Source of the DNA: a virus
Lineage: Duplodnaviria; Caudoviricetes
DNA: 41,415 nucleotides
Virus record (IMG/VR): IMGVR_UViG_3300007643_000005
Location: 1-41,415 of that record
Direction: 5' to 3' (one strand)
Part shown: positions 1 through 10,400 of the stretch, in pieces
How positions within the stretch are numbered: position 1 is the stretch's first letter
Layout: each line of letters opens with the position of its first letter
Position numbers and translations under genes: made by a program
Notes under the pieces: generated by a model
What the model saw: only the letters and a program-made list of their open reading frames with translations
The model's database searches: none
What the model was told of the DNA's origin: nothing

Positions 1-2
1 CT

Positions 3-884
3 CATTGGGCTGCTGAGACTGAGAAGGATATCATATCAGGTAAACAGGAAACTATTAAGAATAAAACCTTTGGTGATTTGATAAAAAAATATGCCGATGA
101 AGTATCCCCAGCAAAACGCGGGGGCGACTGGGAAGTAAAGCGATTAAACGCGCTCTCACGCGATGAAATATCAGGAGTAATGTTATCCGATCTAAATCAA
201 TCTTGCTTTGCATCATGGCGTGACAGGAGGCTACTGGCTGTATCAACAAGTACAGTTAGGCGAGAAATGAACCTCTTAAGCCATGCACTTAACATTTCCT
301 TGAAAGAATGGGGCTGGCTTACGGAAAACCCGCTAAAGGGCGTAAGCCGTCCGCCAGAATCACCCTCACGCGACAGACTAATAACCGATGACGAATTAAC
401 CAGGCTTTTATTTGCGCTCGGCTATGACTACGAAGCAGAATTGAATACAGCGTCCAGCCGCGTTGGTGCAGCCCTACTCTTTGCGATTGAAACGGCCATG
501 CGTGCCAGTGAAATAACCGGGCTATCATGGGATCGATTAAACCTTGAGAAGCGCACCGCCATACTGATCGAAACAAAAAACGGCAGCAAAAGAGAAGTGC
601 CATTATCTACGGAAGCAATACGGATTTTACGGCAGCTTAAAACTCATGATGGCTCAGTGTTTCAGTTAAAATCTAGCCAGATAGATTCATTGTTTCGTAA
701 AGCAAAGAAGATGGCCATGATCGAGGATTTACATTTTCACGATTCAAGGCACCTTGCTATCACTAGGCTCGCAAGCAAACTGGATGTTCTTGAATTAGCA
801 CGTGCTGTTGGGCACCGGGACATACGCCAACTCCAAATTTATTACAATAAATCAGCAGAAGAGCTGGCTAAGAAATTGGATTAA
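3..884 (+). CDS. int: Tyrosine recombinase / phage integrase (5'-truncated by window)
   Basis: Catalytic motifs ETAMRASE, TKNG, FHDSRH, VGHRD and YY. The frame is open from position 3 (HWAAETEKDII...), so the true start is upstream of the window. Confidence 0.95.
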   Translation, partial: HWAAETEKDIISGKQETIKNKTFGDLIKKYADEVSPAKRGGDWEVKRLNALSRDEISGVMLSDLNQSCFASWRDRRLLAVSTSTVRREMNLLSHALNISLKEWGWLTENPLKGVSRPPESPSRDRLITDDELTRLLFALGYDYEAELNTASSRVGAALLFAIETAMRASEITGLSWDRLNLEKRTAILIETKNGSKREVPLSTEAIRILRQLKTHDGSVFQLKSSQIDSLFRKAKKMAMIEDLHFHDSRHLAITRLASKLDVLELARAVGHRDIRQLQIYYNKSAEELAKKLD

Positions 885-1052
885 CTGCGCTGGATTTTGA
901 ATCCGGGCGGGATTATTGTATTAACAATATGTTAAGTTGATACTTGTTCCGCAATTGTGTAAAAATCATACAGCTACGAGTGTTTATCCATGCAGTAGTG
1001 ATTATTTTTGCGGAACAGATTTCAACTGTTTCCAAAATGGAAATAGTTCACC

Positions 1053-1088
1053 AAATCATCCGAAGAACTGGCCAAGAAACTAGATTGA
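1053..1088 (+). repeat. Degenerate duplicate of the integrase 3' end
   Basis: 29/36 nt identical to 849-884; encodes KSSEELAKKLD* versus KSAEELAKKLD*. Confidence 0.85.
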
Positions 1089-1114
1089 AATTATTTTAGT
1101 TTCTTTTTCTGTTT

Positions 1115-1146
1115 TGTGTTGACAATACAATATAACACAGTATAAT
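1115..1146 (+). promoter_or_regulatory. Consensus sigma70 promoter with overlapping inverted repeat
   Basis: TTGACA (1119-1124), 16 bp, TATAAT (1141-1146); TGTGTT/AACACA inverted arms at 1115-1120 and 1134-1139. Confidence 0.8.
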
Positions 1147-1209
1147 AGAACTCAGCAACACGCAATACCGACCAGGCGGAACCTGGAACCTAAAGTGGAG
1201 ACTTAAAAA

Positions 1210-1689
1210 ATGACAAAGAACGACGCAGTAAAAATTCTCAACCTCACCGGCGAAATTAACCAGGCAGCAATCAAAAAAGCATACCAAGCAGCCAGCTCAA
1301 AGTTCCATCCAGATCGCAACCCGGCAGGTTTGGAAATGATGAAGCTTGTTAACCAGGCTTTTGAATTTTTAAAAAATGAGCAGGATTTCATCGTAGAAAA
1401 TGATACAAACTACGACGAAAAATTAAATGACGCAATTAACGCAGCGATGACAATGGAAGGTGTAGTGATTGAAATTTGCGGATTGTGGATATGGCTATCA
1501 GGTGATACAAGACCACACAAAGAAGCCATTAAAGAAGCCGGTTACAAATGGGCAAGTAAGAAAAGAATGTGGTACTTCCGCCCAGCAGATTACAAAAGTA
1601 GCTCAAGAGGTAAATTAAACATGGATGAGATAAGAGAAAAACACGGTAGCAAGGTGCTAAACAAGAAGGAAGCCAAGAAGATCAAGTAA
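1210..1689 (+). CDS. J-domain (DnaJ-like) protein with small Trp-rich C-terminal domain
   Basis: IKKAY...FHPDRNP...MKLVNQAFEFL J-domain with intact HPD; C-terminal GLWIWLSGDT...GYKWASKKRMWY; GGAG RBS. Confidence 0.88.
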   Translation: MTKNDAVKILNLTGEINQAAIKKAYQAASSKFHPDRNPAGLEMMKLVNQAFEFLKNEQDFIVENDTNYDEKLNDAINAAMTMEGVVIEICGLWIWLSGDTRPHKEAIKEAGYKWASKKRMWYFRPADYKSSSRGKLNMDEIREKHGSKVLNKKEAKKIK

Positions 1690-1697
1690 GCCGCACC

Positions 1698-1717
1698 AGA
1701 ACCCCGCAAGGGGTTCT
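1698..1717 (+). terminator. Hairpin after the J-domain gene
   Basis: AGAACCCC-GCAA-GGGGTTCT perfect stem with GNRA loop; short U tract. Confidence 0.55.
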
Positions 1718-1760
1718 TACAGTGCTTTTTAAGCAGTGCGGGTACTCTATTCTAACATAG

Positions 1761-1970
1761 GTGAATATAATGAAAGAAAATAATGAAACTAACCCAATGA
1801 TCGGTAACAAGAATGCGGTTAAACCAGGCAAGGATAAAGCCGAATCATTTATTCATGCACGCTGTAAAGGATCAGACAAGGCCGCATGGGTAAAGGCTGC
1901 AAATGCCAAGCATATGAAGCTAACTGAATGGATAACAGAAACGCTTAATAACTCAGTAAAGAAAGGATAA
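1761..1970 (+). CDS. Ribbon-helix-helix DNA-binding protein
   Basis: SFIHARC...DKAAWVKAA...MKLTEWITETLN beta-alpha-alpha pattern; start may be 1770. Confidence 0.65.
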   Translation: MNIMKENNETNPMIGNKNAVKPGKDKAESFIHARCKGSDKAAWVKAANAKHMKLTEWITETLNNSVKKG

Positions 1971-1973
1971 CTT

Positions 1974-2225
1974 ATGCCAGATACTTTACCAGGATTTCTT
2001 TTGCTGTCCGGATTACTTATGTTTCTATTCAGCCTTTTTAAAGGTTCGATTAAGTATAAAGATATAAATATCCCTTCTGCATCTACTACAACGCGTTTGC
2101 TTATTGGTGGATTAGGTATTATCTTTATGTGCTTAAGTGGCGCTATTTACATTAATTATATGCAACCTTCACAATATTCACTAGACGAAATTCCACAGTT
2201 TAGAATGCCACAGTTTCATGAGTGA
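1974..2225 (+). CDS. Small two-TM membrane protein
   Basis: Two hydrophobic segments; starts 3 bp after the RHH gene. Confidence 0.55.
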   Translation: MPDTLPGFLLLSGLLMFLFSLFKGSIKYKDINIPSASTTTRLLIGGLGIIFMCLSGAIYINYMQPSQYSLDEIPQFRMPQFHE

Positions 2226-2270
2226 GTAGATTGAGTCTGAGAATGTCAGATCACGTACGAGCCAATACAA

Positions 2271-2546
2271 TTAAACAACATAACTAAAAGACATATAAGC
2301 AATAGCAACGAGCAAACAAACAATAATCAAGGAATAGGTTATAACACTCCTCTGCTCTCTTTTGTCTGCTTTCGCTGCCCTTTGTATTGCTACACTCATT
2401 TCATCGCGTGCAGAATGATTCTGAGCGGTCAATAATTGAATCGATTTTTCATTTTCACGGATTACCTGATAAAGTATATTTTCTTTTTGTTCAGCAAGTT
2501 CAGCATTGTTTTTTATTTCTCGCATGTTGTCTCGTATACTATTCAC
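2271..2546 (-). CDS. Coiled-coil protein with C-terminal TM (lysis region)
   Basis: Overlaps holin stop; heptad-like stretch followed by a hydrophobic tail. Confidence 0.55.
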   Translation of the reverse strand: MNSIRDNMREIKNNAELAEQKENILYQVIRENEKSIQLLTAQNHSARDEMSVAIQRAAKADKREQRSVITYSLIIVCLLVAIAYMSFSYVV

Positions 2547-2946
2547 GTGATACCCCCTTCATTTTCTCGAAAGTTCTGAGTCCGCCCATACCTAGCATAG
2601 CAAGAACCAATTGATACAATCCATCTGTACTAATCTGCGGTATTGTATCTATGCCTGGATGTGCAACAGATATATACCAGAGCACCAATGGCTGCACGAT
2701 ATAAGCCCAGGCAAGCCCTACTCCGCAAATCCACCCGATGAATGGTCTCCATCCCGCCACGAATACACTTTTATGTTTAGCTTCCGCAAGATTAACCTTA
2801 TTTTGCATTTGCGATGCATCAGAAACCGCTTTCTGCAGATCACGCTCCATTAACTCTTTTGCTTCGGCCCGCGCATTCTTATCTGGTATTAAATCAAGGG
2901 CTTTGGTTATTATCGGCCCTATGATTGGCTGTAAAAATGGCCACAT
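2539..2946 (-). CDS. 3TM-type holin (GTA holin family-like)
   Basis: SVFVAGWRPFIGW and LAMLGMGGLRTFEK motifs typical of this family; at the end of the late operon. Confidence 0.85.
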   Translation of the reverse strand: MWPFLQPIIGPIITKALDLIPDKNARAEAKELMERDLQKAVSDASQMQNKVNLAEAKHKSVFVAGWRPFIGWICGVGLAWAYIVQPLVLWYISVAHPGIDTIPQISTDGLYQLVLAMLGMGGLRTFEKMKGVSRE

Positions 2947-2956
2947 AAAATTCTCC

Positions 2957-3151
2957 TTACAGTATCATTCCAATAAATAGTCCGACAACAAATACACCAA
3001 CATATCTGCCGGACTGAGGACAGCTTCTCAGGAAATTAATGTACTCACCCTTCTGTTTTTGCAAGCACGATCTGATATCGCCCATGTACTGAAGCCTTAT
3101 TTGTTCTTTCTTTTCCTTTAGCTCTTCCTTCACTGTTTCTTCTATGCTCAT
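2957..3151 (-). CDS. Small protein with C-terminal TM
   Basis: GGAG RBS; sits in the tightly packed operon. Confidence 0.55.
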   Translation of the reverse strand: MSIEETVKEELKEKKEQIRLQYMGDIRSCLQKQKGEYINFLRSCPQSGRYVGVFVVGLFIGMIL

Positions 3152-3167
3152 ATAATCTCCGATAAAA

Positions 3168-3314
3168 TTAATTATTTGCTACGCAAACGTTCAGTAAATT
3201 AATGATATTTCTATAATTCTCTGAGATATTATGAAAATTAATCAACAAAATAACAAAACAAATGAGCAATAAAGGAAACGCCGTTTTTTCAACAAAATCC
3301 GCATACTTTATCAA
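3168..3314 (-). CDS. Small single-TM protein (TTG start re-called)
   Basis: GGAGG RBS precedes the TTG at 3314, giving MIKYADFVEKTAFPLLLICFVILLINF... Confidence 0.45.
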   Translation of the reverse strand: MIKYADFVEKTAFPLLLICFVILLINFHNISENYRNIINLLNVCVANN

Positions 3315-3333
3315 TTTATTTTCCTCCAAATAT

Positions 3334-3534
3334 TCACGAAAAAAATCTTTTAATATTTTCGCATCTATTAACACACCAAGCCACCACCACAGCTCTCCCG
3401 CACAAAAAAACATAAAGTGCTTTATGGTATTTATAGAAATCCTTTATGCTTTCCAAATCCTTCTGCAGATCATTTTTTTCTTTGACGAGTTGATTAAATT
3501 CAAATCTTGTTACTGGCCTGTCTTGCTCGTCCAT
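3334..3534 (-). CDS. Small coiled-coil + TM protein (lysis region)
   Basis: AGGTGAG RBS; hydrophobic C-terminal segment. Confidence 0.5.
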   Translation of the reverse strand: MDEQDRPVTRFEFNQLVKEKNDLQKDLESIKDFYKYHKALYVFLCGRAVVVAWCVNRCENIKRFFS

Positions 3535-3605
3535 TTTTTCTCACCTTTTAGCGTTGCTGTACAAAAACCGGAATACTTGACTATAAAATCACGCTAAAAG
3601 CAGCG

Positions 3606-3932
3606 TCACTGAGAATAAAACTTAAGCTTGTCTGGGCAAGGCTTCACGCCTATTGGGTCACCATTGGTTTTCTTGAACGTTATTTCAACAAGAAAATATC
3701 CAGGAATAGTGATGTCACCTTTTTCTAGTCTAAGTAAAAATCCGCTACCATCAACTGTAATTCCACCACCCAAGTAGGATTTACTTACTTTTACTGAATC
3801 GTCATCCTTATAAGTTAGTACCACCTCCAAATCAGCACCAGGCAACGCAAGGTCATCAACCGTAAAACCTTTGATTATAGGTAAGCGGATGAGGCTTACC
3901 GTAGAGTGATACAACTTATCCTCACAAAGCAT
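3606..3932 (-). CDS. Beta-sandwich virion accessory protein (BppU N-terminal-like)
   Basis: DLALPGADLEVVLTY...GDITIPGYFLVEITF pattern; tail-region position. Confidence 0.45.
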   Translation of the reverse strand: MLCEDKLYHSTVSLIRLPIIKGFTVDDLALPGADLEVVLTYKDDDSVKVSKSYLGGGITVDGSGFLLRLEKGDITIPGYFLVEITFKKTNGDPIGVKPCPDKLKFYSQ

Positions 3933-3934
3933 TG

Positions 3935-4360
3935 CTAGACTCTGCTAATTGATGCAGTTTTCTCGATGACCGGAGCAATCCCTGCGCCGAAAGGCAAAGG
4001 TGTTGTTAGTACGCCAGAATCCAATATTTTTCCGGATCCGGTTTGCGCCAATCCGATCGCGGCATATGTCGCATTACCGCTGCCACCTGTTCCGGTAGGA
4101 AACAGGATATCTTCTACAGGGCTAACACTGTTTGCAGTGACGACCCATCCACTAGCGTCTCTGGTAACCTCGACACGGGCATAACCTGGATAAGCAACCT
4201 CGCTTGTTGCCTGATTACCCGCATTGGGGTCTGCTGTATGCAAGGATAAGTAAAGACTGGTGGCAGGACTTGATGCCGCATTATCTGCGATACCAGGTAT
4301 CGGTTGACCGTTATAAATCAAACCAAGTATGTCGTTTCTGAAAGTTGCGCCAATTGACAT
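3935..4360 (-). CDS. Phage tail-fibre-associated protein
   Basis: LYLSLHTADP...EVAYPGYARVEV motif common in siphophage minor tail proteins. Confidence 0.75.
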   Translation of the reverse strand: MSIGATFRNDILGLIYNGQPIPGIADNAASSPATSLYLSLHTADPNAGNQATSEVAYPGYARVEVTRDASGWVVTANSVSPVEDILFPTGTGGSGNATYAAIGLAQTGSGKILDSGVLTTPLPFGAGIAPVIEKTASISRV

Positions 4361-4373
4361 TTATTACTCCTCA

Positions 4374-5594
4374 TTAAGTTGACATTAAAATCTTCTGGTC
4401 GGCTACGGACATTAAAATTGCTTGGTCTGCCACAGACATTGAAATAGTTATCGTCGATATAGGCAGAGAAACGCCATCCAAACTAAACAACGTACTACCA
4501 ATACCATTCAAATAAAAACTTGAAACCGCATGTGACACACCTACAAACGACTCAACACCTAAGCCATAAGCATTAAATGCTGATTTCGATAAACTCGTCG
4601 AATTGAATACAGATAAACCCTGGCCACTTATAGACAATGAGGACGAAACATTAGATGTTGCGCTAAATATCGCATCGCCAACACCGGTTGCAACAAACCT
4701 GTTTCCCCCGATCGCATGACTGTCGAATACCGCATATCCGGAGCCGGCAAATCCAAATGATCCGATTACTGATGCTTTAGAAACAAAAGTATTTTCGCTT
4801 GCACCAAAAAGCGAGAATAAAGATAAACCCTTTGATCTGGCTTCAAATGCAGAATGACCAGCACCAGAGAATGAATATGAGCTTATAACAAATGCTTTTA
4901 CGTCAAAATCATCTGCACCAACACCAGAAAACGCGAATGATGAAACCGGGTCAACTGTATATAGACCAGATCCAGCAAACGAAAAAGAACTTAAACTAAA
5001 CGCTTTTGCATCAAAATTATCTAGGCCAGCACCAGATAATGAAAATGACCTTATGCCAAGTGCTTTTGCATCAAAATTATCTGCACTAACACCAGAAAAC
5101 GCGAATGATGAAACCGGGTCAACTGTATATAGACCAGATCCAGCAAACGAAAAAGAACTTAAACTAAACGCTTTTGTATCAAAATTAACCGGTCCAGTAC
5201 CAGAGAATGAAAACGACCTAATACCAAGAACTTTCGCATCAAGATTGCCTGCGCCAATACCAGAAAACGCGAATGATGAGACGGGATCAAACGTATATAA
5301 ACCAGATCCAGCAAACGAAAAAGAACTTACACCAAATGCTTTTGCGTCAAAATCATCCAGTCCAGCACCAGAAAGCGCAAAGGAGGATAACCCGATTGAT
5401 CTGGAATCAAATGACGCCGTACCCATTCCCTCTGCAGCAAATGCAGACAAAGGAATCCCGGCCCGACGCCTTCTCACACCATAGCCATTAGCGGCAGAAA
5501 CCCTGACGCTTCCGGACGGCATAACAGGAGGATTAACCACTATAGGGTTCGTGGTTCTCCTTACGCCAAAACCCAGCGCGCTTGTTACTTTCAT
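4374..5594 (-). CDS. Ser/Phe/Gly-rich repetitive fibre-like protein
   Basis: ~19-aa SSFxFxGxG units nested within 56-aa repeats. Confidence 0.65.
   Translation of the reverse strand: MKVTSALGFGVRRTTNPIVVNPPVMPSGSVRVSAANGYGVRRRRAGIPLSAFAAEGMGTASFDSRSIGLSSFALSGAGLDDFDAKAFGVSSFSFAGSGLYTFDPVSSFAFSGIGAGNLDAKVLGIRSFSFSGTGPVNFDTKAFSLSSFSFAGSGLYTVDPVSSFAFSGVSADNFDAKALGIRSFSLSGAGLDNFDAKAFSLSSFSFAGSGLYTVDPVSSFAFSGVGADDFDVKAFVISSYSFSGAGHSAFEARSKGLSLFSLFGASENTFVSKASVIGSFGFAGSGYAVFDSHAIGGNRFVATGVGDAIFSATSNVSSSLSISGQGLSVFNSTSLSKSAFNAYGLGVESFVGVSHAVSSFYLNGIGSTLFSLDGVSLPISTITISMSVADQAILMSVADQKILMST
4900..5375. repeat. Intragenic tandem repeat, 168-bp period, about 3 copies
   Basis: (A/T)ACCAGAAAACGCGAATGATGA...CCAGATCCAGCAAACGAAAAAGAACTTA recurs at ~4921, ~5089 and ~5257. 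Confidence 0.9.
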
Positions 5595-5596
5595 TT

Positions 5597-6634
5597 CTAG
5601 ATAATTACAAAATAATCATTCTCGGCAGGCGCAACGGATAACCCTGGCACGGTAAAGACCGGATTAACAGCGCCTGTGCTTGCTGTTATTTCAACGGACA
5701 CGTTCTTCAATTCGGGGGTTGTTGTGCCTTTTGGAAACTTTATCCATTGGCCTTTAAACTGATCTGGATTACCTGCTACACCAGGCGGATTACACGAAGA
5801 AGTAACAATTGTCGTCTGGTTAGATCCGACACCAACAATACATTTTGTATTTCCATCTACTGCCTGAGCAAATCTACTGTTAGTATCTGCACTGCCTGCT
5901 ATTTCACGTTGATCCGACATCATGTTACCGCCTAAGCTCAGTTCAGCAGGAATCCTTTTTCTAATATCTTGTATAGATAAATGATTAACGCCTTCATCAT
6001 CAAAACCAAACACTGACAAACCATCCGTCCAGCTATCATCAGTTAGCTGTAATTTACCGGTTGTCACTTGTATTTTCAGCTTGTTAAAGTGTTGGGGGAA
6101 TATATCCCCAGCTATTCCTATTTGGGTTATCCATCCAGCAGGAATAATCGGCAATGGAATAATCCCAGAAGAAGGCACTGTCAGAGTGTTACCAACTGTT
6201 ATTTTTGGCCGGAATATTTCTAACCGAAGAGTTATCTCCCTAAGTGATGCATGAGTTATTCTGAACAGCTTTGACTCAACATCTTTCCCTGATGAAAGAC
6301 CCATGTCTTGATTACATAGCAAAGCATAGGTTCCAGGAAATAATGGGTCTTCGGTAATTATTGGGGTTGTCATAGCGGCAGCAGCTGCAGAGCCTTTTTT
6401 CTGTGCCACCGTAAAATCTGTTAATCCTGTTAGAAGTCTGCTGTTGTCAGATGGGTCAACTGCGTTAAAGTGAACTGACTCGGTGATGACGCCGCTTGGT
6501 ATTCGCACGCCTGTTTGCTGGATGAGTAGATCCACACCCCCGGAAGTGCCTGTGACTGGCGGCACAACAACCGGTGTGGTTGTAGCGCTCTCACCGAAGG
6601 GGACCTCTCCAAAAATATTTTCGCCAAATGACAT
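5597..6634 (-). CDS. Putative minor tail / structural protein
   Basis: N-terminal FGENIFGEVPFG motif; beta-rich; tail operon position. Confidence 0.6.
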   Translation of the reverse strand: MSFGENIFGEVPFGESATTTPVVVPPVTGTSGGVDLLIQQTGVRIPSGVITESVHFNAVDPSDNSRLLTGLTDFTVAQKKGSAAAAAMTTPIITEDPLFPGTYALLCNQDMGLSSGKDVESKLFRITHASLREITLRLEIFRPKITVGNTLTVPSSGIIPLPIIPAGWITQIGIAGDIFPQHFNKLKIQVTTGKLQLTDDSWTDGLSVFGFDDEGVNHLSIQDIRKRIPAELSLGGNMMSDQREIAGSADTNSRFAQAVDGNTKCIVGVGSNQTTIVTSSCNPPGVAGNPDQFKGQWIKFPKGTTTPELKNVSVEITASTGAVNPVFTVPGLSVAPAENDYFVII

Positions 6635-6635
6635 A

Positions 6636-7490
6636 TTAGTTCATCCAAATAGATAGACCAGATACATTTTCGAGCCAAGTTTCGGCGCTTTGATCGACAG
6701 CAAATGGTGCATATGGTATGTCCCGATAGAGGGACGTATTGACCGTTACTCCCGAAGCCGCTGTACCTAAGAACAAACTAGGATTAACCGATGGGGCTTT
6801 GAAAGAAACACCACCTGCAGAACAATGAGCCAATATGCACAATAGGCCAGAAGGGACATATATTGGACTAGATGGTGTCATAATCTTATTCCCAGTACTT
6901 GAACAGTCGACGGTTGCGGCATTTGTAAATTCGCCTATTATTCTTCCCGGTTTACCGTTTATATGCTTTTCAAATACCCCAATTCGAGCAACTACCCCTG
7001 CCGCCGAAACACCAACATTAACTCCCGCAGTGGTCACAAATCCTGATTTTGGTCTCCAAATAGGGATCATATTTAAGAAAGTTCCCATTGCAGCATTTGC
7101 GCCAAACTCGTTCCCCGACATATTCCCAGAGAATCCGGTAATTCCACTGGCTGGGAATGGGTCTCCGTTAAACGCCTCAACCACGCTCTCAGCATCTGGA
7201 ACCATTTGTAGAACAGCCGCCCCTGTTATGGTAAGACCTGGAGGAGAATTTCGATTTAATGTTCCTGCAACTAAAGTTTGCTCAACTCTATCTGGAACGA
7301 ATTCAGTATTAGATGTCAGATGGCCAATACCAACTTCTTTATTAAGAGCATTAATAATTATGTATTTAAAAGTTACATTTAACGGCATACCAGCTCCAAC
7401 TAGGGAGGAATGGCCATCGGTACCCCCTGCTAGAGTAATAACACCCCCACTCCGACCGCTAATACTTTCTTCGATCCAATTTAATTGCAT
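6636..7490 (-). CDS. Putative tail fibre protein
   Basis: N-terminus (ITLAGG...EVGIG) resembles fibre anchoring domains; Gly-rich beta C-terminus. Confidence 0.6.
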   Translation of the reverse strand: MQLNWIEESISGRSGGVITLAGGTDGHSSLVGAGMPLNVTFKYIIINALNKEVGIGHLTSNTEFVPDRVEQTLVAGTLNRNSPPGLTITGAAVLQMVPDAESVVEAFNGDPFPASGITGFSGNMSGNEFGANAAMGTFLNMIPIWRPKSGFVTTAGVNVGVSAAGVVARIGVFEKHINGKPGRIIGEFTNAATVDCSSTGNKIMTPSSPIYVPSGLLCILAHCSAGGVSFKAPSVNPSLFLGTAASGVTVNTSLYRDIPYAPFAVDQSAETWLENVSGLSIWMN

Positions 7491-7499
7491 TACTTTCTC

Positions 7500-10400
7500 C
7501 TATTGAACTGTGACTGTTTTTCTTGCAACCGTGAATACGCCGTCTTCGTCAACAACCTGCACCTTGATCTTGCATGAGCATGGCTGGGTGTACGTGTGAG
7601 TTACTTCGTTATTGAAAGTACCGTCTCCCCAGTCAACCGATGTAAGCTGTATAGTGTCGTCTCCTGGATCTGTAACAGCTATTGATATGCTGTATAAAGC
7701 ATCAACTGCAACAGTGTCAGCGCCGGTAATAGTTCCGCGTGGATTTACATTTAAAGTAGTGAGCTGGAATGATCCCGAATCGACATCACCTGCAACGTCG
7801 GTCATGTCTACACTGACAGTCATGACCGCATCTCCATCGGGCATTAACCTGCTTATGTCGAATGAAGATAATCCTGCAGCAACATTCAGATTTTCTATCG
7901 TTCCGCCCCAGTCAACTACAACCGTCCATCCGTCTCCGCCCGTGTCCGTCCCGTCTGTAAATGAAACAGTTCTGGTAAAAGTGGTCCCTTCATTGACTAT
8001 AGCGTCACCACCCGTACTGATTGTTAAATCACCTGGGCCTCCAACACTGTCAACAGTGATAGTGAATGATCCGTTAGCTGTTTCACCTACATCATCTGTG
8101 ATCGTTACGGTTACCGGGAATGGTCCGGCTGATGACATTAATCTGGAAATATTGAATGAAGATAAACCGGCCGCAACAGATCCGTTTTCAGTTGTTCCGT
8201 TCCAATCTATGGAATAAGTCCAGCCGTCTGCATTGGTGTCTTCACCGTCTGAGAATGTAATTGTTCTTGAGAAAGTATCGCCAACGTTTACTGTTGCGCT
8301 ACCACCAACATTAATCACAACCTGTGAAGGGGTTCCGGCACCGCCACCCGCAGCTAGTAGGAAACCAGCGTCAAATGAAATATCTCTAGTATTGCCTGAT
8401 ATGTCACTAACAGAAGCTTCTACAATCTGATTAACGTCGCTAATAGGCGTACCGAGATTGAATGTTGTGATCCCATGCAATTGCGCTGCAGGAGCAATAT
8501 TTGTACAAGTACCGCCATTTCTTAAGCATACGTTCAAAGTACCAACATCAATCCCACTACCCAAATCAACAGTGCCTATATTGAATCCTGTGATTGTATT
8601 ACCAGCGCCGCCGTCTATGATTGCAGACATAACCAAGGTAGGTTTGTGAGTATCGGTTAAATAATCGGTACCAGATCCAGCAGGAGCACCAATATTTATC
8701 CATCTTGCTATGGTTTTTATTTCTTCTGCTGTAACCGTAGTTGCTGGATGAACAGAACCGAAATCTATGTCTGTTGCGTGGTCAGTATCCAGCCTGTTGT
8801 CAGTTCTTGAACCAACTAATTTCCAATAGAGCAGGCTCCCTCTAGCATTATTCAACTTGATGTACCGCGTCAGTTGCGGCCTTACAAAATAATTCGAAGA
8901 ATTTCCATTTTCTATATTTTTCCTAAGCGCTGATGGTACGTAAATCTGTCCGTTATCCTCTACCAACCTATAATGAGTAGATCCAGTCTTGGAAGGTAAA
9001 CCAGTTGGACCAACTGAGAAATCGTCAAGCACCAAACCTGCTTCAAGTCGTGGAGACGATCCGGCCCCTGGAGAGCCGCCTGTTGCATGACAGGTTACAC
9101 ATCTTGACTCTAGAATAGGCCTGATATCCCGAGTAAACTCAGGAACGTAATCGTATCCTACAAAATTATCTATTTGTATATCACCATTTACATCTAGACC
9201 AGCGAGCATTGGAACATTGCCTTTTCCTAACTGAGTATGCACAAATCCAGGAGTAGCAGCATGTGATTGTGAAAACTGCACTAATGGTGGGCGGGAATGT
9301 ACATGACATCCTCCGCAAGTCTTAAGCTCCTTAGGTTTTAAGGACTGCCACGCTTGATCCCTATTCAATGCATTGCCATCACAATCAATACCGCTCATTG
9401 TGTAAGCAATATTGGCTGGCATCTCTATCAAAAAACTAGTATCTTCGTTGCCATTAATATCTAATATAGGATCGCCGTTCACATCTTTGTTTCTTGTGTA
9501 TACCTGACCTAAAAATGTCTGTCTCTCCCCTAAAGGAGTTATGATATTTTCTCCTATGTTCCCAATCTCATTAGGATGTATAGCTATTATTTCTACCCCA
9601 CAAATTTCATCATCAGTATAGTCAAATGCATCAGTTCCAAACATATTATGAATGTCTGAGTGTCCAAAATCAGTTGGATCAATCATTATTCCAGCTGGGT
9701 GTCTCGTTTCTCTGTCAACTACTGAAGCAGCGCCTAACATCCCAAATGGAGAACCTTTAGGTATAGCGTCACTGGTTGGCGTAACTAATACTGCTGGTTG
9801 TGATATTCCGTATATATCTGTGTAAGGCACTGCAGCACGTGGGTATATTTCGTGCCAGTCTCTGCTATCAGCCATTAATACTAAATCTGCTGGTGTGGTC
9901 GATGGATTAACTGTTGTTCTGTATATACCTAAATTACATCCCGGTATATCGCCATCCAGACCTCTTGAAATCATTTCATCACTTAATTCTGTGACTAAGT
10001 AAGGCGTGACACCGTTACCATTTCCGGTAGTTAAGAATGGCGCAGACATACCAAGTGCAGTCCATACTTCATGAAAACCTATTATCGAGCAGCTACCTAC
10101 ACCCCAAACTATCCCCAAACCATTACTAGGCAACGCAAACGGAAACCCAGCCTTTCCATACCACGGCATAATTCCAGTATAATTCGCGTGAGTTAGTGCT
10201 GTTGGAACATCTGGGAAAGTTGGCACAATATGCGCTGCATTGTCACGCATAGTTCCCCATGTACTAAGCTTAGAAACGACATTTGGCAGAAAGAAATCGT
10301 TCTTATCAGTAACCACGGGAACTCTTCCTTCCTGTCCTTCAGGTTCCCTCTGAAAACAAAAAACACTGCCTAACGCATTATTGTTTTGCCTGTAGTAATC

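Noticed and set aside
957-973. LexA box near int
   Set aside because: GTGT-N9-ACAG does not fit CTGT-N8-ACAG
3168-3534. Frameshifted single gene at the T7 run
   Set aside because: Each ORF has its own RBS and start (ATG 3534, TTG 3314) and a plausible product
4900-5375. Diversity-generating retroelement (TR/VR)
   Set aside because: Repeats are tandem and in-frame, differences are not adenine-specific, and no reverse transcriptase is present in the window
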